From the NCBI RefSeq assembly GCF_006345805.1, contig NC_043008.1, forward strand, positions 11,718,001-11,782,000: a stretch of 64,000 bases of DNA, written 5' to 3'. The notes below the pieces were generated by a model. It ran no database searches and was not told the DNA's origin. It was given only the letters and a program-made list of their open reading frames with translations. The stretch comes from Octopus sinensis (lineage: Eukaryota). The position numbers and the translations under genes were made by a program. The first letter of the stretch is position 1; each line of letters starts with the position of its first letter. Of the stretch, positions 1 to 14,174 are shown piece by piece.

Positions 1-10
1 ATGCATAAGA

Positions 11-190
11 CCTGAAATTTGGGGGAGAGGAGGTGAGTCCATTACATCGACCCCTGTGCGTTACTGGTACTTATTTAATCGACTCTGAAGCCCTGAAATG
101 CAAAGTCGACCTCGACTGAATTTGAACTCAGAACGTACCTGCAGACGAAATACCACTAAGCACTTCTTCCGCCGTGCTAACGATTCTACC
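11..190 (-). mobile_element. SINE family B (tRNA-derived, Meta/MESC-like core), tail variant 2, degenerate
   Basis: Reverse complement matches the intact copy at 48020-48249 (gtcgactttgc...gagttcaaatt B-box region, gttagcacg head). Confidence 0.8.
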
Positions 191-699
191 GTCTTAGTGA
201 TAATGATGATGATAATAATCAAGTCCAAGAATGAAGGGAAGAATACAGAGATAGATATAAATTGGGGGGGGGGGGATTATACTAATAAAGTGATAGAAAC
301 CAAAAAGAATTATACCACGGTATACACTGGAAAAGAAGGGACATATCCATAGCATACAAAAGTAAAAAAAAAGTGGGGAGGATGATAGAGATGTGGCCCT
401 CCTGATACAGGACGAACCCCACTGTCTGAGAGTCCCTGAAACCCTAGGAGTCAGTGCCCTATACAATTCCTTCTCTCCGACTCACAGGTCTACACTTAGA
501 AGGGTACCACCACTCTTACCATTTTAACAACTTTCACCCACTTTTCAATAAACTCACTCGAGGACAGCACTTCCATCTCCCCTTTCAATTTTGTTTTCAA
601 GTTAAACTTGGAAAAAGTCAATGAGATATCTACCAAAGAGGGATGCATCTGTCCTCCGGCCTTTCATTAACCCTGAAAATTGGGAAAACCTGAAACCAC

Positions 700-1140
700 T
701 GCCATAAAACAGGCAAAGTGGTTCAAACCGACTGCCAAAAAAAAAAAAAACGGACAGAAACAAATTTAGGAGTGGTGGAGTCAGAAACCTCTGCATGGAC
801 AATATATACCTCGACGTCGAAATGGCGATACATAGACCAAGCAACAACCCATCAGTAGTTGCGATGTTCAATACTAAAAGCAGACTGAAGTTTTCATATT
901 AGCGGCACAATATCCAAGCTTCCTTACCAAAGCTAACGTTCTTCAAAACTCTTCTTACCCTAAATGCATATCTTGCGGCACGTTTGACGTATCGGAAAAT
1001 GATGAGTACAGAATTTGTGAGTAAAATGGTGAAACCGTGTGGTATATTACCAGTCAATGTAAGCCAGTAGCCCAGAAGGAATATAAGAGACGTCATGGCA
1101 ATATTGCAAGGATTGTCCATTGGACACTTTACAACCTTAT
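700..1140 (+). mobile_element. R4/Dong-clade non-LTR retrotransposon fragment (post-RT region and CCHC knuckle), degenerate
   Basis: WSQKPLHGQY (776-805), QTEVFILAAQ, YRICE*NGETVWYITSQCKPVAQKEYKRRHGNIARIVHW. Matches the R4/Dong pattern WxxKPLHGQ...ETE.FI.AAQ...CRxC..ETVxHIxSxC..EYKxRHD. Ends at an (AAT)n tract. Confidence 0.8.
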
Positions 1141-1142
1141 GG

Positions 1143-1147
1143 TAATG

Positions 1148-1216
<69 letters not shown>

Positions 1217-1242
1217 TAATGATAATGACAATGATAATGATA

Positions 1243-1304
<62 letters not shown>

Positions 1305-1360
1305 AATAATAACAATAACAATAACAATAATAATAATAACAATAACAATAACAATAATAA
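1143..1360 (+). repeat. (AAT)n microsatellite with ATG/AAC variants
   Basis: Direct reading. Confidence 0.98.
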
Positions 1361-1936
1361 ATGCCCTGATGCAGTACCAATGCCCTGATGCAGTACCAGG
1401 CAGTGGCTCTCATGGCTTCTGATCTTAACTGATTGGAAGTGTTATCATGTACATTGTTTTGTCTTGGTATAAAAGATGGGCTACAGCAAATATTCTGCTC
1501 AATACCACAGATTTGCTTGTCAGTTGTTTGACCTTAACCAGTTGAGCATGTCCCTTAGTGGCTGACGATATGTGCATCTCTGATCACGAGCAGAAGTAGT
1601 GGGGGAGCATCATAGCCATGTGTTGAGAGAGATTCTTTGGGGATTGAATAGTTCACCTCTGGAAACATGGGTGGTTCTTTCAACATCCTTAAACAACCCT
1701 TATTCAGGGACCGTTTGAGCAGGATGGGCTACTCAACCTGAAGAAAATTCTAACTGGGCCCCCACCTGCAAGGCCATGTGCTGTTTATCTTGATATGAGA
1801 TCACCATGTCGCGCACATATGGTTGTGATGCATGTGCCTGGTGTACCTTTATCAGACGGGTAGTCATGATGGGTATATTGGGCTTCGTATATTTTACTCC
1901 AGTGTCACTTTGATGGCATGAACTGCTCTCTCACTC
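1361..1936 (+). mobile_element. ~576-bp non-coding (AAT)n-flanked dispersed element, copy 1 (first 19-20 bp duplicated)
   Basis: atgccctgatgcagtacc...ctctctcactc. Near-identical copies at 2013 and 2611, diverged inverted copy at 53457. Confidence 0.9.
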
Positions 1937-2012
1937 AATAATAATAATAATAATGATAATGATAATAATAATGACAATAATAATAACAATAATAATAATA
2001 ATAATGATAATA

Positions 2013-2569
2013 ATGCCCTGATGCAGTACCAGGCAGTGGCTCTCATGGCTTCTGATCTTAACTGATTGGAAGTGTTATCATGTACATTGTTTTGTCTTGG
2101 TATAAAAGATGGGCTACAGCAAATATTCTGCTCAATACCACAGATTTGCTTGTCAGTTGTTTGACCGTAACCAGTTGAGCATGTCCCTTAGTGGCTGACG
2201 ATGTGTGCATCTCTGATCACGAGCAAAAGTAGTGGGGGAGCATCATAGCCATATGTTGAGAGGGATTCTTTGGGGTTTGAATAGTTCACCTCTGGAAACA
2301 TAGGTGGTTCTTTCAACATCCTTAAACAACCCTTATACAGGGACCGTTTGAGCGGGATGGGCAACTCAACCTGAAGAAAATTCTAACTGGGCCCCCACCT
2401 GCAAGGTCATGTGCTGTTTATCTTGATATGAGATCACCATGTCGCGCACATATGGTTGTGATGCATGTGCCTGGTGTAACTTTATCAGACGGGTAGTCAT
2501 GATGGGTATATTGGGCTTCGTATATTTTACCCCAGTGTCACTTTGATGGCATGAACTGCTCTCTCACAC
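2013..2569 (+). mobile_element. (AAT)n-flanked element, copy 2 (full length)
   Basis: Same sequence as 1361-1936 with scattered substitutions; AAT tracts on both sides. Confidence 0.9.
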
Positions 2570-2610
2570 AATAATAATAATAACAATAACAATAACAATA
2601 ATAATAATAA

Positions 2611-3079
2611 TATAAAAGATGGGCTACAGCAAATATTCTGCTCAATACAACAGATTTGCTTGTCAGTTGTTTGATCTTAACCAGTTGAGCATGTCCCTTA
2701 GTGGCTGACGATATGTGCATCTCTGATCACGAGCAGAAGTAGTGGGGGAGCATCATAGCCATGTGTTGAGAGGGATTCTTTGGGGTTTGAATAATTCACC
2801 TCTGGAAACATGGGTGGTTCTTTCAACATCCTTAAACAACCCTTATTCAGGGACTTTTTGAGCGGGATGGGCTACTCAACCTGAAGAAAATTCTAACTGG
2901 CCCCCCACCTGCAAGGTCATGTGCTGTTTATCTTGATATGAGATCACCATGTCGCGCACATATGGTTGTGATGCATGTGCCTGGTGTACCCTTATCAGAC
3001 GGGTAGTAATGATGGGTATATTGGGCTTCGTATATTTTACTCCAGTGTCAATTTGATGGCATGAACTGCTCTCTCACTC
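2611..3079 (+). mobile_element. (AAT)n-flanked element, copy 3 (5'-truncated)
   Basis: Starts at tataaaagatgggctacagc, lacking the first ~90 bp; same 3' end ctctcactc followed by (AAT)n. Confidence 0.9.
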
Positions 3080-3335
<256 letters not shown>

Positions 3336-3777
3336 GCGGTCCATGATATGGTTGAGTATCGTATTTATTATGAAATATTTACGGTAAAATATTGAGCGTA
3401 ATTATAATTATAATAAAAAAAAAGAATAACACATATTTCCATATTAATATCTAATAATAACACTGATATCCGTATTAATTATGATGTCTATAATGGTGGT
3501 GATGATAATGATGCGGAGGAGGAGGAGGAGGGGGAGGAGGAGGAAAAGGAGGAAGGGGATGTAGGGGAACAAAAATTAAAGGAGGAAGACATTGATGAAC
3601 CTGGGTATTTTTTCTCCTTCTGTGATTCAATACCAATTGCTAATCGCCAGCAGTTATTGACTATATTATCATCTTATTTCTGTTCTCTCGCTTCTAATCA
3701 TAAGTACAGATGCAACCGAAAGTTGGACACTAAGTTAGGAAATCTTTATGCATTTACTGCCTTTACTACACAGTCTT

Positions 3778-4399
3778 GCTGAGAGTATGGATGATGTAAT
3801 CATGCGCCCTTAAATATGGTCTCTGATTACAAATATCTTGGGTCATTCATATCATCATCTGGAAAAGACTTTCTAACTAGAAAGGGTATAGCTTGGTCAG
3901 CCTGTAATGACATGCATAAGATCTGGTCATCAAATCTAAGTAGAGACTTCAAACTTGAAATCTTCAAAGCCACAGTCGAACCAATTCTACTATATGGCTC
4001 AGAAATCTGGACGTTATCAGAGAAGCTTGAGAGGCGGTTGGATGGAACCTACACTCGCCTCCTTATGAGAGCTCAAAATCTCTCGTGGAAGCGCCATCCA
4101 ACCAAAATGCAAATATATGGGAAACTACCACCTGTGTCATCTCTTGTGAAAGGTAGAAGAGTCCAGTTTGTTGGACATTGTTGTAGAGCTGAAAAAGAAG
4201 TAATTTCTACTCTTCTCCTCTTGAAGCCATCTACTCGCAATACCAGAGGGCGCACACTCTCCTACCCTGATGTAATCTTCGGGGATACAGGCATCCAGCA
4301 ACAGGACCTCCGTAATGCCATGTTGGACCGTAAAGTCTGGCGTAGCATGGTAAATTCCATTGTCTCGACCACGGTCGAACAATGATGATGATGATGATG
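3778..4399 (+). mobile_element. 5'-truncated RTE/RTE-X-type LINE 3' end (ORF 3816-4385), (TGA)n tail, probable TSD CACAGTCTT
   Basis: VSDYKYLGS (RT thumb), VEPILLYGSEIWTL, RRVQFVGHCCR. Stop is followed by (tga)n. cacagtctt occurs at 3769-3777 and 4400-4408. Confidence 0.88.
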
Positions 4400-4451
4400 C
4401 ACAGTCTTAACATGCTGAAAATTGGACACCGTGTCTCAGCATATAAGTTAC

Positions 4452-4824
4452 TACTCTTTCTACTCTTTTACTTGTTTCAGTCATTTTACTGCGGCCATGC
4501 TGGAGCACTGCCTTTAGTCGAGCAAATCGACCCCAGGACTAATTCTTTGTAAGCCTAGTGCTTATTCTTTCGGTCTCTCTGGCCGAACTGCTAAGTTACG
4601 GGGGCGTAAACGCACCGGGGACAAACACAGACACAAACACATATAAATACACACATATATACGACGGGCTTCTTTCAGTTTCCGTCTACCAAATCCACTC
4701 ACAAGGCTTTGGTCGTCCCGAGCCTATAGTAGAATACACTTCTCTAAGGTGCCACGTATTTGGACTGCACCCGGAACTATATGGTTGGTAAGCAATGTTC
4801 TTACCACACAGCCACTCGTGCGCC
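4452..4824 (-). mobile_element. SINE family A (tRNA head, internal TA/TG microsatellite, ...ccagcatggccgcagtcaaatgactgaaacaagtaaaaga tail)
   Basis: Reverse complement of the full copies at 24219 and 59901. Confidence 0.92.
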
Positions 4825-4993
4825 TATAACTATTCATAGAATAGGATTTCTGGTAAAACACACCCGTAATGGAAAACCGACGGATGTCAATCGCATAACC
4901 ATATCCTGCAAAGTAAATAAATGAATTAAGAATATAATGGTTGTCTCCCGTATTGTCAGATACTTCTTGTTAGTGGGTATTACTAAGAACCCG

Positions 4994-5311
4994 GCACTTC
5001 ATCGTTTACGAAGATGAGTGGGTCAGTTGATCGAATCAATGGAACACCCTGCACTTGAAATTAATGTACAAGTGTCTGAGCACTCTACAGATACGCATAC
5101 TTTTAATGTAATTCTGAGGGAGACTCAGAAAGACATGGAATGGGAAAAGGCTGGCCATTTGCAATAGAGGTACAGCTCAATGTTTTCTGCTGAATGCACA
5201 GGTGCAACATAGAATAAAAGCTTTTGTCCAAGGGCAGAATGCACCACCATCAGTCGAACTCATGAACATACAATCGTGAGCCGAGTACCCTAACCGCTAA
5301 CCTACCACCTC
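4994..5311 (-). mobile_element. SINE family D, degenerate, with tRNA-like head
   Basis: Body similar to 48885-49060 (gttgatc.gaatcaa.ggaac, ctgagcactc.acaga). Minus-strand head reads tagcggttagggtactcggctcacga...gagttcgact (A/B-box-like). Confidence 0.65.
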
Positions 5312-5326
5312 ATTCAATTTAATATA

Positions 5327-6340
5327 CAGGGGTTGGACAAATTAATGGAAACACCTTAATATTTCAAACAAATCTATTTTTATATGGCGTACGAGGTATG
5401 CTCTCGTACAAAGTTTGAATTGTTTCCAAAGGAATTTTTGTCTATTCTTCACCTAAAAGAGTCTCCAGTTCTTGTAGTGATGATGGTCGAAGATATCGAC
5501 TCCTTAATTGTTTTTCTAAAATGCACCATTAATATTCAAAAATGTTGAGATCTGGGGACTGTGGTGGCCAGATAAGATGTTCAACTTCACTTGAATATTC
5601 CTTGTGCCATTCAGTAACAACTTTAGCTGTGTGCATTGGTGAATTATCATCCTGAAAGGTTGCATTTCCCCCCGGAAACAGTTCCGCAACCATAGAATAA
5701 ATTTGATAAGATAAAATGCTTGAATAGTCTTGATTATCAATTCTGCCGTGAAGGGAAACCAGTGGGCCGGCGGATTTCCAAGATATAGCCCTCCAGATCA
5801 TCACATATCCTCCTCCATGTTTAACAGTTCTTTTGGCTGTCTCCACACGTACACTCGGCCGGTGGTCGGAAATAAGGCAAAGGAAGACTCGTGCGAGAAA
5901 ATAACATTCTTCCACTGCTCTAGGGACCAATTGTCTAAGCTTTTATTCCACTCTAAACGTTTTGCAACGTTTATTTTTTTAAATTAGTGGTTTTCCGATT
6001 GCGGCCCTCCCATGAAATCCGGCTTTGTGCAGCTCCCGGCGAACAGTTTTTTTGTGGAAACTGGGTTCTCGACGTCGTCATTAAGCTCTACATTAATTTT
6101 GGGAGCAGTACTTTTGTTATCCTTTCTAACAATTCACGTAAATGTCGGTCGGTCCCTACCTGAAAATGTTGATCTTCTTCCAGATTTTTGTTTCGACGAG
6201 GAGGTTTTTTTCCCCTCTTTCTCAAAGGCTGTCATTACTTTCGGGACAGTACTTCTTGATACACCAAACATTTCAGCTGTTTTCTTTGCGCTATTTCGTT
6301 CTATATCGTAGTTTCACATTCAATAATATACAATAAATAC
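5327..6340 (-). mobile_element. Tc1-family DNA transposon relic (DD34E-type transposase pseudogene, one TIR)
   Basis: TA|CAGGGGTTGGACAAATTAATGGAAACACC at 5325-5355. Minus-strand motifs FGVSRSTV (HTH), VKHGGGYVMIW, FQDDNSPMH, WPPQSPDLNIFE, with stops and frameshifts. Second TIR not found. Confidence 0.9.
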
Positions 6341-6744
6341 CGAAGACAGAAATGTTTGAAAAGTATTTCTGAAGTCAATAAAGGCCGTTAGGTTATGACA
6401 TAACAGGAAGATAAAATCGAAGGAATATAATTAGAGAAACATAATACCAGATCTTACAGTCCCTTTAAATAATCACTTGAAAGCAATTCATTATGAAAAT
6501 GGTAAATACCTTAATGTATCCTCTAATGCAGCCTTATTGAATACATAAACCGCATCATAATGATCTACAACGAATTCTTAATATGCTTTCCCAAATCTCT
6601 TTACATTAAATCCTTAAACTTAACATATAATTTTATATATAGCGGTTCTGTAATGGATTACATTTGACTATTGTTAGTGTAATGGTTGCCGGACTAAAAG
6701 GTTCGTTTCCGAACTATGACGTTTTTCTTTCTATCCTATTGCGT

Positions 6745-7005
6745 AGTTTCAGTTATTTGACTGTGGCCATGCTGGAACATCGCATTTAGTCAAGCAAATC
6801 GACCGCAGGACTTATTCTTTGTAAGTCTACTTTCTTTTTCCATCGGTTAATTTTGCCGAACCGCTAAGTGTATTTTTTTGTTTTTTGACTGTGGCTATGC
6901 TGGAACATCGCATTTAGTCAAGCAAATCGACCGCAGGACTTATTCTTTGTAAGTCTAATACTTATTATATCGGTCTCTTTTGCCGAACCGCTAAGTGTAT
7001 TTTTT
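6745..7005 (-). mobile_element. SINE A 3' half, locally tandem-duplicated (~128-bp unit x2)
   Basis: gactgtggc(c/t)atgctggaacatcgcatttagtcaagc...gccgaaccgctaagtgtatttt occurs at ~6758 and ~6887; both share the diagnostic variant gaccgcagg. Confidence 0.85.
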
Positions 7006-8079
7006 TATTTTTATTTTTGTTTCTTTTTCTCGGGTTTCGTTTTGCCTGATACATTGACAATTGAATCTAAGTTGTGCAAATATCCGTCGAATTGTGTTCT
7101 GGCACAAAAAAAATCATTTTTCGTTGCTCCACTCCACTCAGTTGCAAACGAGTAAATCTACAAAGGATTGGCGTCCCGTTGGTGAGATGGAGTGCTGCGA
7201 TCTCGGTCACTCATATAAACCAGAAAAACCGTATATCGACCCAAGGGCAATGTTCATAGTGATGATGATAAAGATGATGATGGTAACTATATCCCCACGG
7301 GAAAACAAAACCAAAACCTCTTCGAATCAAGCCTTGGAAATCTTACAGCAGAAAGTTTAACTTGGTAGTATTTATTCAATTAATAAAAATTGTTATGGAG
7401 TATTTAATTATTTTCTATTGCGTAATTCATATGTTTATTGCTGATGAAGAGGGAGAAACAGAATTTGGTGCAAGAGCTGTTAAAGAATATGTAATTAACA
7501 AAGCCTGCAATTAGTAAAGGCAAAGCTATAAAGGCTGTGCGGTCTGCTGCAGAGTTAACAATTAATGGCGTTGTTCTCTCCCTAGATCTCGTACATTTTA
7601 ATTAAAGCGAACGATCTGAAAATTGTTTATGTAATAACGGAGACTAATGCAGAATTACACTCAAAACTAACTTTTAAAACACTGAAAAAATACAAGAAAT
7701 AATGCCATCAGCTTTCACACAGTTTTATCAAGGCATAAGCAGAACCAATAGTTGCAATCAATTTAACATTTTACTCTTCCCCCCTAAAAGAAGTTCCGAT
7801 GATCCCAATCAACTTATATCTTCCAAGGTAATTAGATTAAGATCCATTTACCCTTTATATCCAAATTTCCAAAATTCGTTCGCCATGTCTTCAGCTTTAC
7901 CGAACCCGTTGTAAAAGAAACTAGCAAGACACAGTCTATAGAAGCCTGTCTATAGAAGCCTGTTTCAATTTTCAGTCTTTAGGGTTAATACGGTACCCTG
8001 TTGGTATAGAAGTACCACTAAGTCCTTGTGTCATTGTACTGGCAGTCATAGTAACATGCATACGTACAAACAGTTTCAA

Positions 8080-9499
<1,420 letters not shown>

Positions 9500-9543
<44 letters not shown>

Positions 9544-9581
9544 AATCTATCTATCTATCTATCTTTCTATCTATCTATCTT

Positions 9582-9627
<46 letters not shown>

Positions 9628-9665
9628 AATCTATCTATCTATCTATCTTTCTATCTATCTATCTT

Positions 9666-9718
<53 letters not shown>

Positions 9719-9753
9719 ATAACTATCTATCTATCTATTTATCTATCTATCTA

Positions 9754-9795
<42 letters not shown>

Positions 9796-9848
9796 ACTAT
9801 CTATCTATCTATCTATCTATCTATCATCTATCTATCTATCTATCTATC

Positions 9849-9901
<53 letters not shown>

Positions 9902-9902
9902 C

Positions 9903-9960
<58 letters not shown>

Positions 9961-9980
9961 CTATCTATCTATCTATCTAC

Positions 9981-10017
<37 letters not shown>
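9500..10017 (+). repeat. Long (TCTA)n tract with an ~84-bp higher-order duplication (9541 and 9625)
   Basis: The variant pattern tcaa...tttc...tttc is repeated. Confidence 0.95.
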
Positions 10018-10019
<2 letters not shown>

Positions 10020-11610
10020 GGACCGACGGCCCGGTTGAGTTGCTCGGGGTCTGGTTTGGTCCGGACCTCCAAGTGGAGAAGAACTGGAACGAGATAACGA
10101 GTAGGGTGGTCACTCTCGCCCGGCAATGGGCCGAGAGGAAACTGTCCCTAAAAGGTCGAGCGGAGGTGGCGAACACGTACATCGCGTCCGTCATCTACTA
10201 CCGCCTGACCGTCGTACCTTGTCCCGACCCTACCATCACCAAACTACAACGCAACCTCTTTCGCTTCTTGTGGAAAGGATGCGTCCCGATGGTCAGGCGA
10301 TCCATTTGCTGTCAACACCCGTTAAAAGGAGGGCTGGGCATGCCGTGGTTGATGATGCGCAGACACGCGCTGAGACTGCGACATCTCTGGCTCTATGTAG
10401 ACGACGGTGAACAGGTGTGGTCGCCGTTTGTGAGGCACGCTTTCCCGCAGCTCGTCTCCATGACCGAACTGCAGTCGTGGATCAAAAAGAGGCCGAGGAA
10501 GGGCGAATGGCACCGCGAGTGTCGCGTTGCTCTCAAGCAACTCTGCCGTCCTGGGTCGACCTTAAGTGACTTCAACACAACCAAAGCATTCTATAGGGGT
10601 TTAGTGGAGGGGAGGTACGACGACGAGCTCGGGGCGAACCTGGACGTCGACGAGGAGTACCTGACCCGCCTGTTCGGGACGACTTTCGGGCCAGGGCCCA
10701 TGGACAACTTCCAGAGATCCCTGGCCTGGCAGTGCTACCGAGAAGCGCTACCCGTTCGGGATAAGCTCTACAGACACGGCTCGAGAAACACGGGGCCGAC
10801 CTGCCCGAGATGCGGTCAGAGCGACGAAACCGTTCTGCACGCACTCGTTCAGTGTCCAACAATTTCCGACCTGTGGGCTTATGTCGAACAACTGCTGTCA
10901 CGTGTGGGACGAGTCGGTTTATCAGCTGAGTCTATCGTCAATATTGTCACGCCTCCTTCCTTCAAACGGGAAGGAAGAGCTATTTTCATCATCCTTGTGG
11001 CTATGGAGAAAGAATGTATCTGGTGGACGCGTCTGAAAGGATTGGAGACAAACACTTTCCTCTCTGGTCAATCTCTCATCAACTTCTTCAAGTACCACTT
11101 GAAAAGGAAAGTGAGAGTAGAGAGGCAAGTTTTGTCTAGCGAATGTTTTAAAAAAAGATGGGTGAATGTAGCAAGAATGGCACGTATGAATGACGAAGCC
11201 ACCTTGAGCATAGTCCTATGAACCCAGAAATCGAAAACAGAGAGTTGCTTATTTGCAAAAAAAAAAAAAGAAATATAAAATGTGACTTCATTGACCGAGG
11301 TTACCGTGGTCTTTTCCGCAGGCTTTTCTTTCCACGGGTAAACCTCACCTGTCCTCCCCTTTACACTTCATATTGACATTTCTGTGATAACGATCCCTAT
11401 TGATCATTTTTTTTTCCTCTCCCCCCCCTTTTTTTTTTCTTTTTTTTTTTAACCCCCCTTATTTCTGTCCCCTTCCTCTCCTTTTACGATCCCTTTTGAT
11501 CGAACCTCCCCCTTCTTTTTTTTTTTTTTTTTTTAATACCTTCAAAAGAAAAGCTCTACCTTGTAATTTGTTCTATCTGTGTGCAGCCCTGTGCGGCTAA
11601 TAAAGAAACA
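10018..11610 (+). mobile_element. L1/Tx1-clade LINE, 5'-truncated copy 2 (uninterrupted ~400-codon ORF2 C-terminus ending 11221)
   Basis: [14 protein letters not shown] (RT thumb), [29 protein letters not shown] finger. Coding part almost identical to copy 1 (offset 2120; A/E difference at 8887/11007). Confidence 0.93.
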
Positions 11611-11684
<74 letters not shown>

Positions 11685-11690
11685 CCTATC
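11611..11690 (+). repeat. (TCTA)n microsatellite
   Basis: Direct reading. Confidence 0.98.
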
Positions 11691-11691
11691 T

Positions 11692-11946
11692 CTTTTGCAG
11701 AAACGCTAAGTTGCTGCGTTGCAAACAAACAAGTACCGAGGGACAAGCAGTGTGAATAGACGCGTGCATGCATACTCACAGACACACACATGTATATATA
11801 CAACTGGCTGCTACACAACACCTGCCTAACAGATTCACTCACAAGCTATTGGTCGACCCGGAGCCATACTAAAAGACACTTTCCCAATATTCCGCGCAGC
11901 GGGACTGAACCCAAAACGATGTAGTTGCAATCCGAGCTCCTAGCCA
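11692..11946 (-). mobile_element. SINE A, old degenerate copy
   Basis: ttcactcacaagctattggtcgacccggagccata...gcgggactgaaccc. Confidence 0.7.
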
Positions 11947-13893
11947 GAATAAGAGCCGTAATAGATGATGATGATAATGATGATGGCAGTTATGGTGGTG
12001 TGGATAGTCTCTCGTAGTCTGAGAAAGACGGTTCTGCTAATTCTCTATTGTATGTAATAATATTCAATAAACTTATCGATAGACATGCAGAGTAGATGTT
12101 TGTTGCGCAATATCACACATACTAGAATCGAACCTGTACCCACACAGACCATATGGAAGTACTTAACTATGCAAAGAAATGTAAATAGGTACAATATTGG
12201 ACTGGATTTCAAACTAACCTTAGAATTTTTTTTTTTCAAATGAGTTTCGCTCAACAACCATGAAAATCAATAACACACGTTAAATGAGAATTCTTTTTTT
12301 CAAATTTTGCAAGCACGACTATAATGAAATTGATCCCATCCAGGTCGGAATGTGATTATTCATTTTTTAAAAATTTCCGAGTAAAATTTATGTATGCTCT
12401 CCATCCACCAAATACATTTGTCCTGAGGCTAATATTCAAAGATTTATTTCATTCACGACATGCTTATGTACCTTGAACGGTCTACAGCTAAAAGGTAAAT
12501 TAATGAATTGTTATATTATCAAGAAGTATCTTTTTAGAGGTATTTTAGAGGTATTTTAACTGTCCAGTTTATGTTTCATGCAAGCCATCGCTAGTTCCAT
12601 AAACGAAGTAAATTGAGAGTTGCTGCTGTTTGTCTTTCACTCAACCAGAATAATCTCACTTAACAGAACATTTTATCTCAAATAAAAATGTTTCGTTGGG
12701 ACGCAAAGAGGGAACAAAATCTGTCACAAATAAAATCTATCGTTGTCATAAAATGGTATGGGAAGTAAACAGCTGGAACGACATTATAACAAGAAAAATG
12801 TTTGATTAAGGCTAAGCTTTTAGTAATCACGAAAAGCGTCCTCTACTCATTTGGAAGGAAAACCTCATAAAATTTTGATTAGGCAAACATGTTCCTCCTC
12901 GGTTTATTTGTATGTTCACTGCAACCATCAACATGCAAGTGTTTAATTTGTAATAAACTGTCCACAGATATGGATCCCATGTATCCGTTACTGTTTGATT
13001 TATGAATGAAATTTCACATGTTTTTAAAATTCCTTAATATGATGGGAAAAGAACCACATCGGTGATGTTCTTTCAATTTAACTACATTGAAATACTCCGT
13101 ACGGAAAACTCTGATGTCATTTTATATTATTTCGAAAGCTAAATGCAAAACATATGAAATTTAAGTTTATAAGATGTGACTCAGACTATAGATTTATATG
13201 TTAATAACTTTAATTGCACAGCATATTTCCATGTTAGTTTTACAATAAATATCAGAGTAAGACATCTTGTTTGACCACTGAGCATAATTTCAAAGCAAAC
13301 ACATGTAATTGAAGTTATATGGATTGGATAAAAATCTAACCATGATTGTACAATCTCTACAAATATACGAGTGAAAGCATTCATGATATAATCGTTCATT
13401 ATGACTCATCTCATGCAACTCTTTTGAAAACATAATCTATTCTATAATTCTACAATAATATATAATCTGAATACTCACTGCGATGAATCCATGGTTTTAT
13501 GAAAAAAAATGTGATTTGCTTTATTGATTTCCGGAATAGGCGCTACAAATAATTTTATAACATTATGTATATGTGTTTCTCCTTTTCTCTGCACTGCATT
13601 TAAACTGAACCGACAAGTGATCCCTTATGCACACACTCAAATAGAAAGAAATAGTAGCAATATCAATCTGCAACCTGCGCCGTATCAAGGTTTTGGACGA
13701 AGAAATACCCTTCATCTCAGTAATGACTTATCTATCACTTCAGAACAACAGACACGATGATTTACACTTTATCAATCCCTCAATAAAATAATTAATGTGC
13801 CTGATGTTTCTATGTTATAAAAATTTCCGAAGAGAATTGAAACCCTTCGTGCATCAGATGGTAACTTTTTTTTAGCTCTATGGATGGATATAT

Positions 13894-13932
<39 letters not shown>

Positions 13933-14066
13933 CCTGGTAGGTTACAGATGAATAAACAACCAACACGGGTTGACAAGTGGTTATTGGGGAGAAATAGAGA
14001 CACAAAGAAAAATACGCATAGATATACACACACAGACACACACACACACCTATATATATATATATG

Positions 14067-14128
<62 letters not shown>

Positions 14129-14174
14129 TATTCACACATATATATATATATTATATATATATATACACTCATAA

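Noticed and set aside
300-545. Possible APE endonuclease remnant (GG..VALLI-like)
   Set aside because: Too short and degenerate to assign without a search
1555-1620. CUGACGA hammerhead core in the 576-bp element
   Set aside because: No stem II closed by GAAA and no stem III/UH downstream
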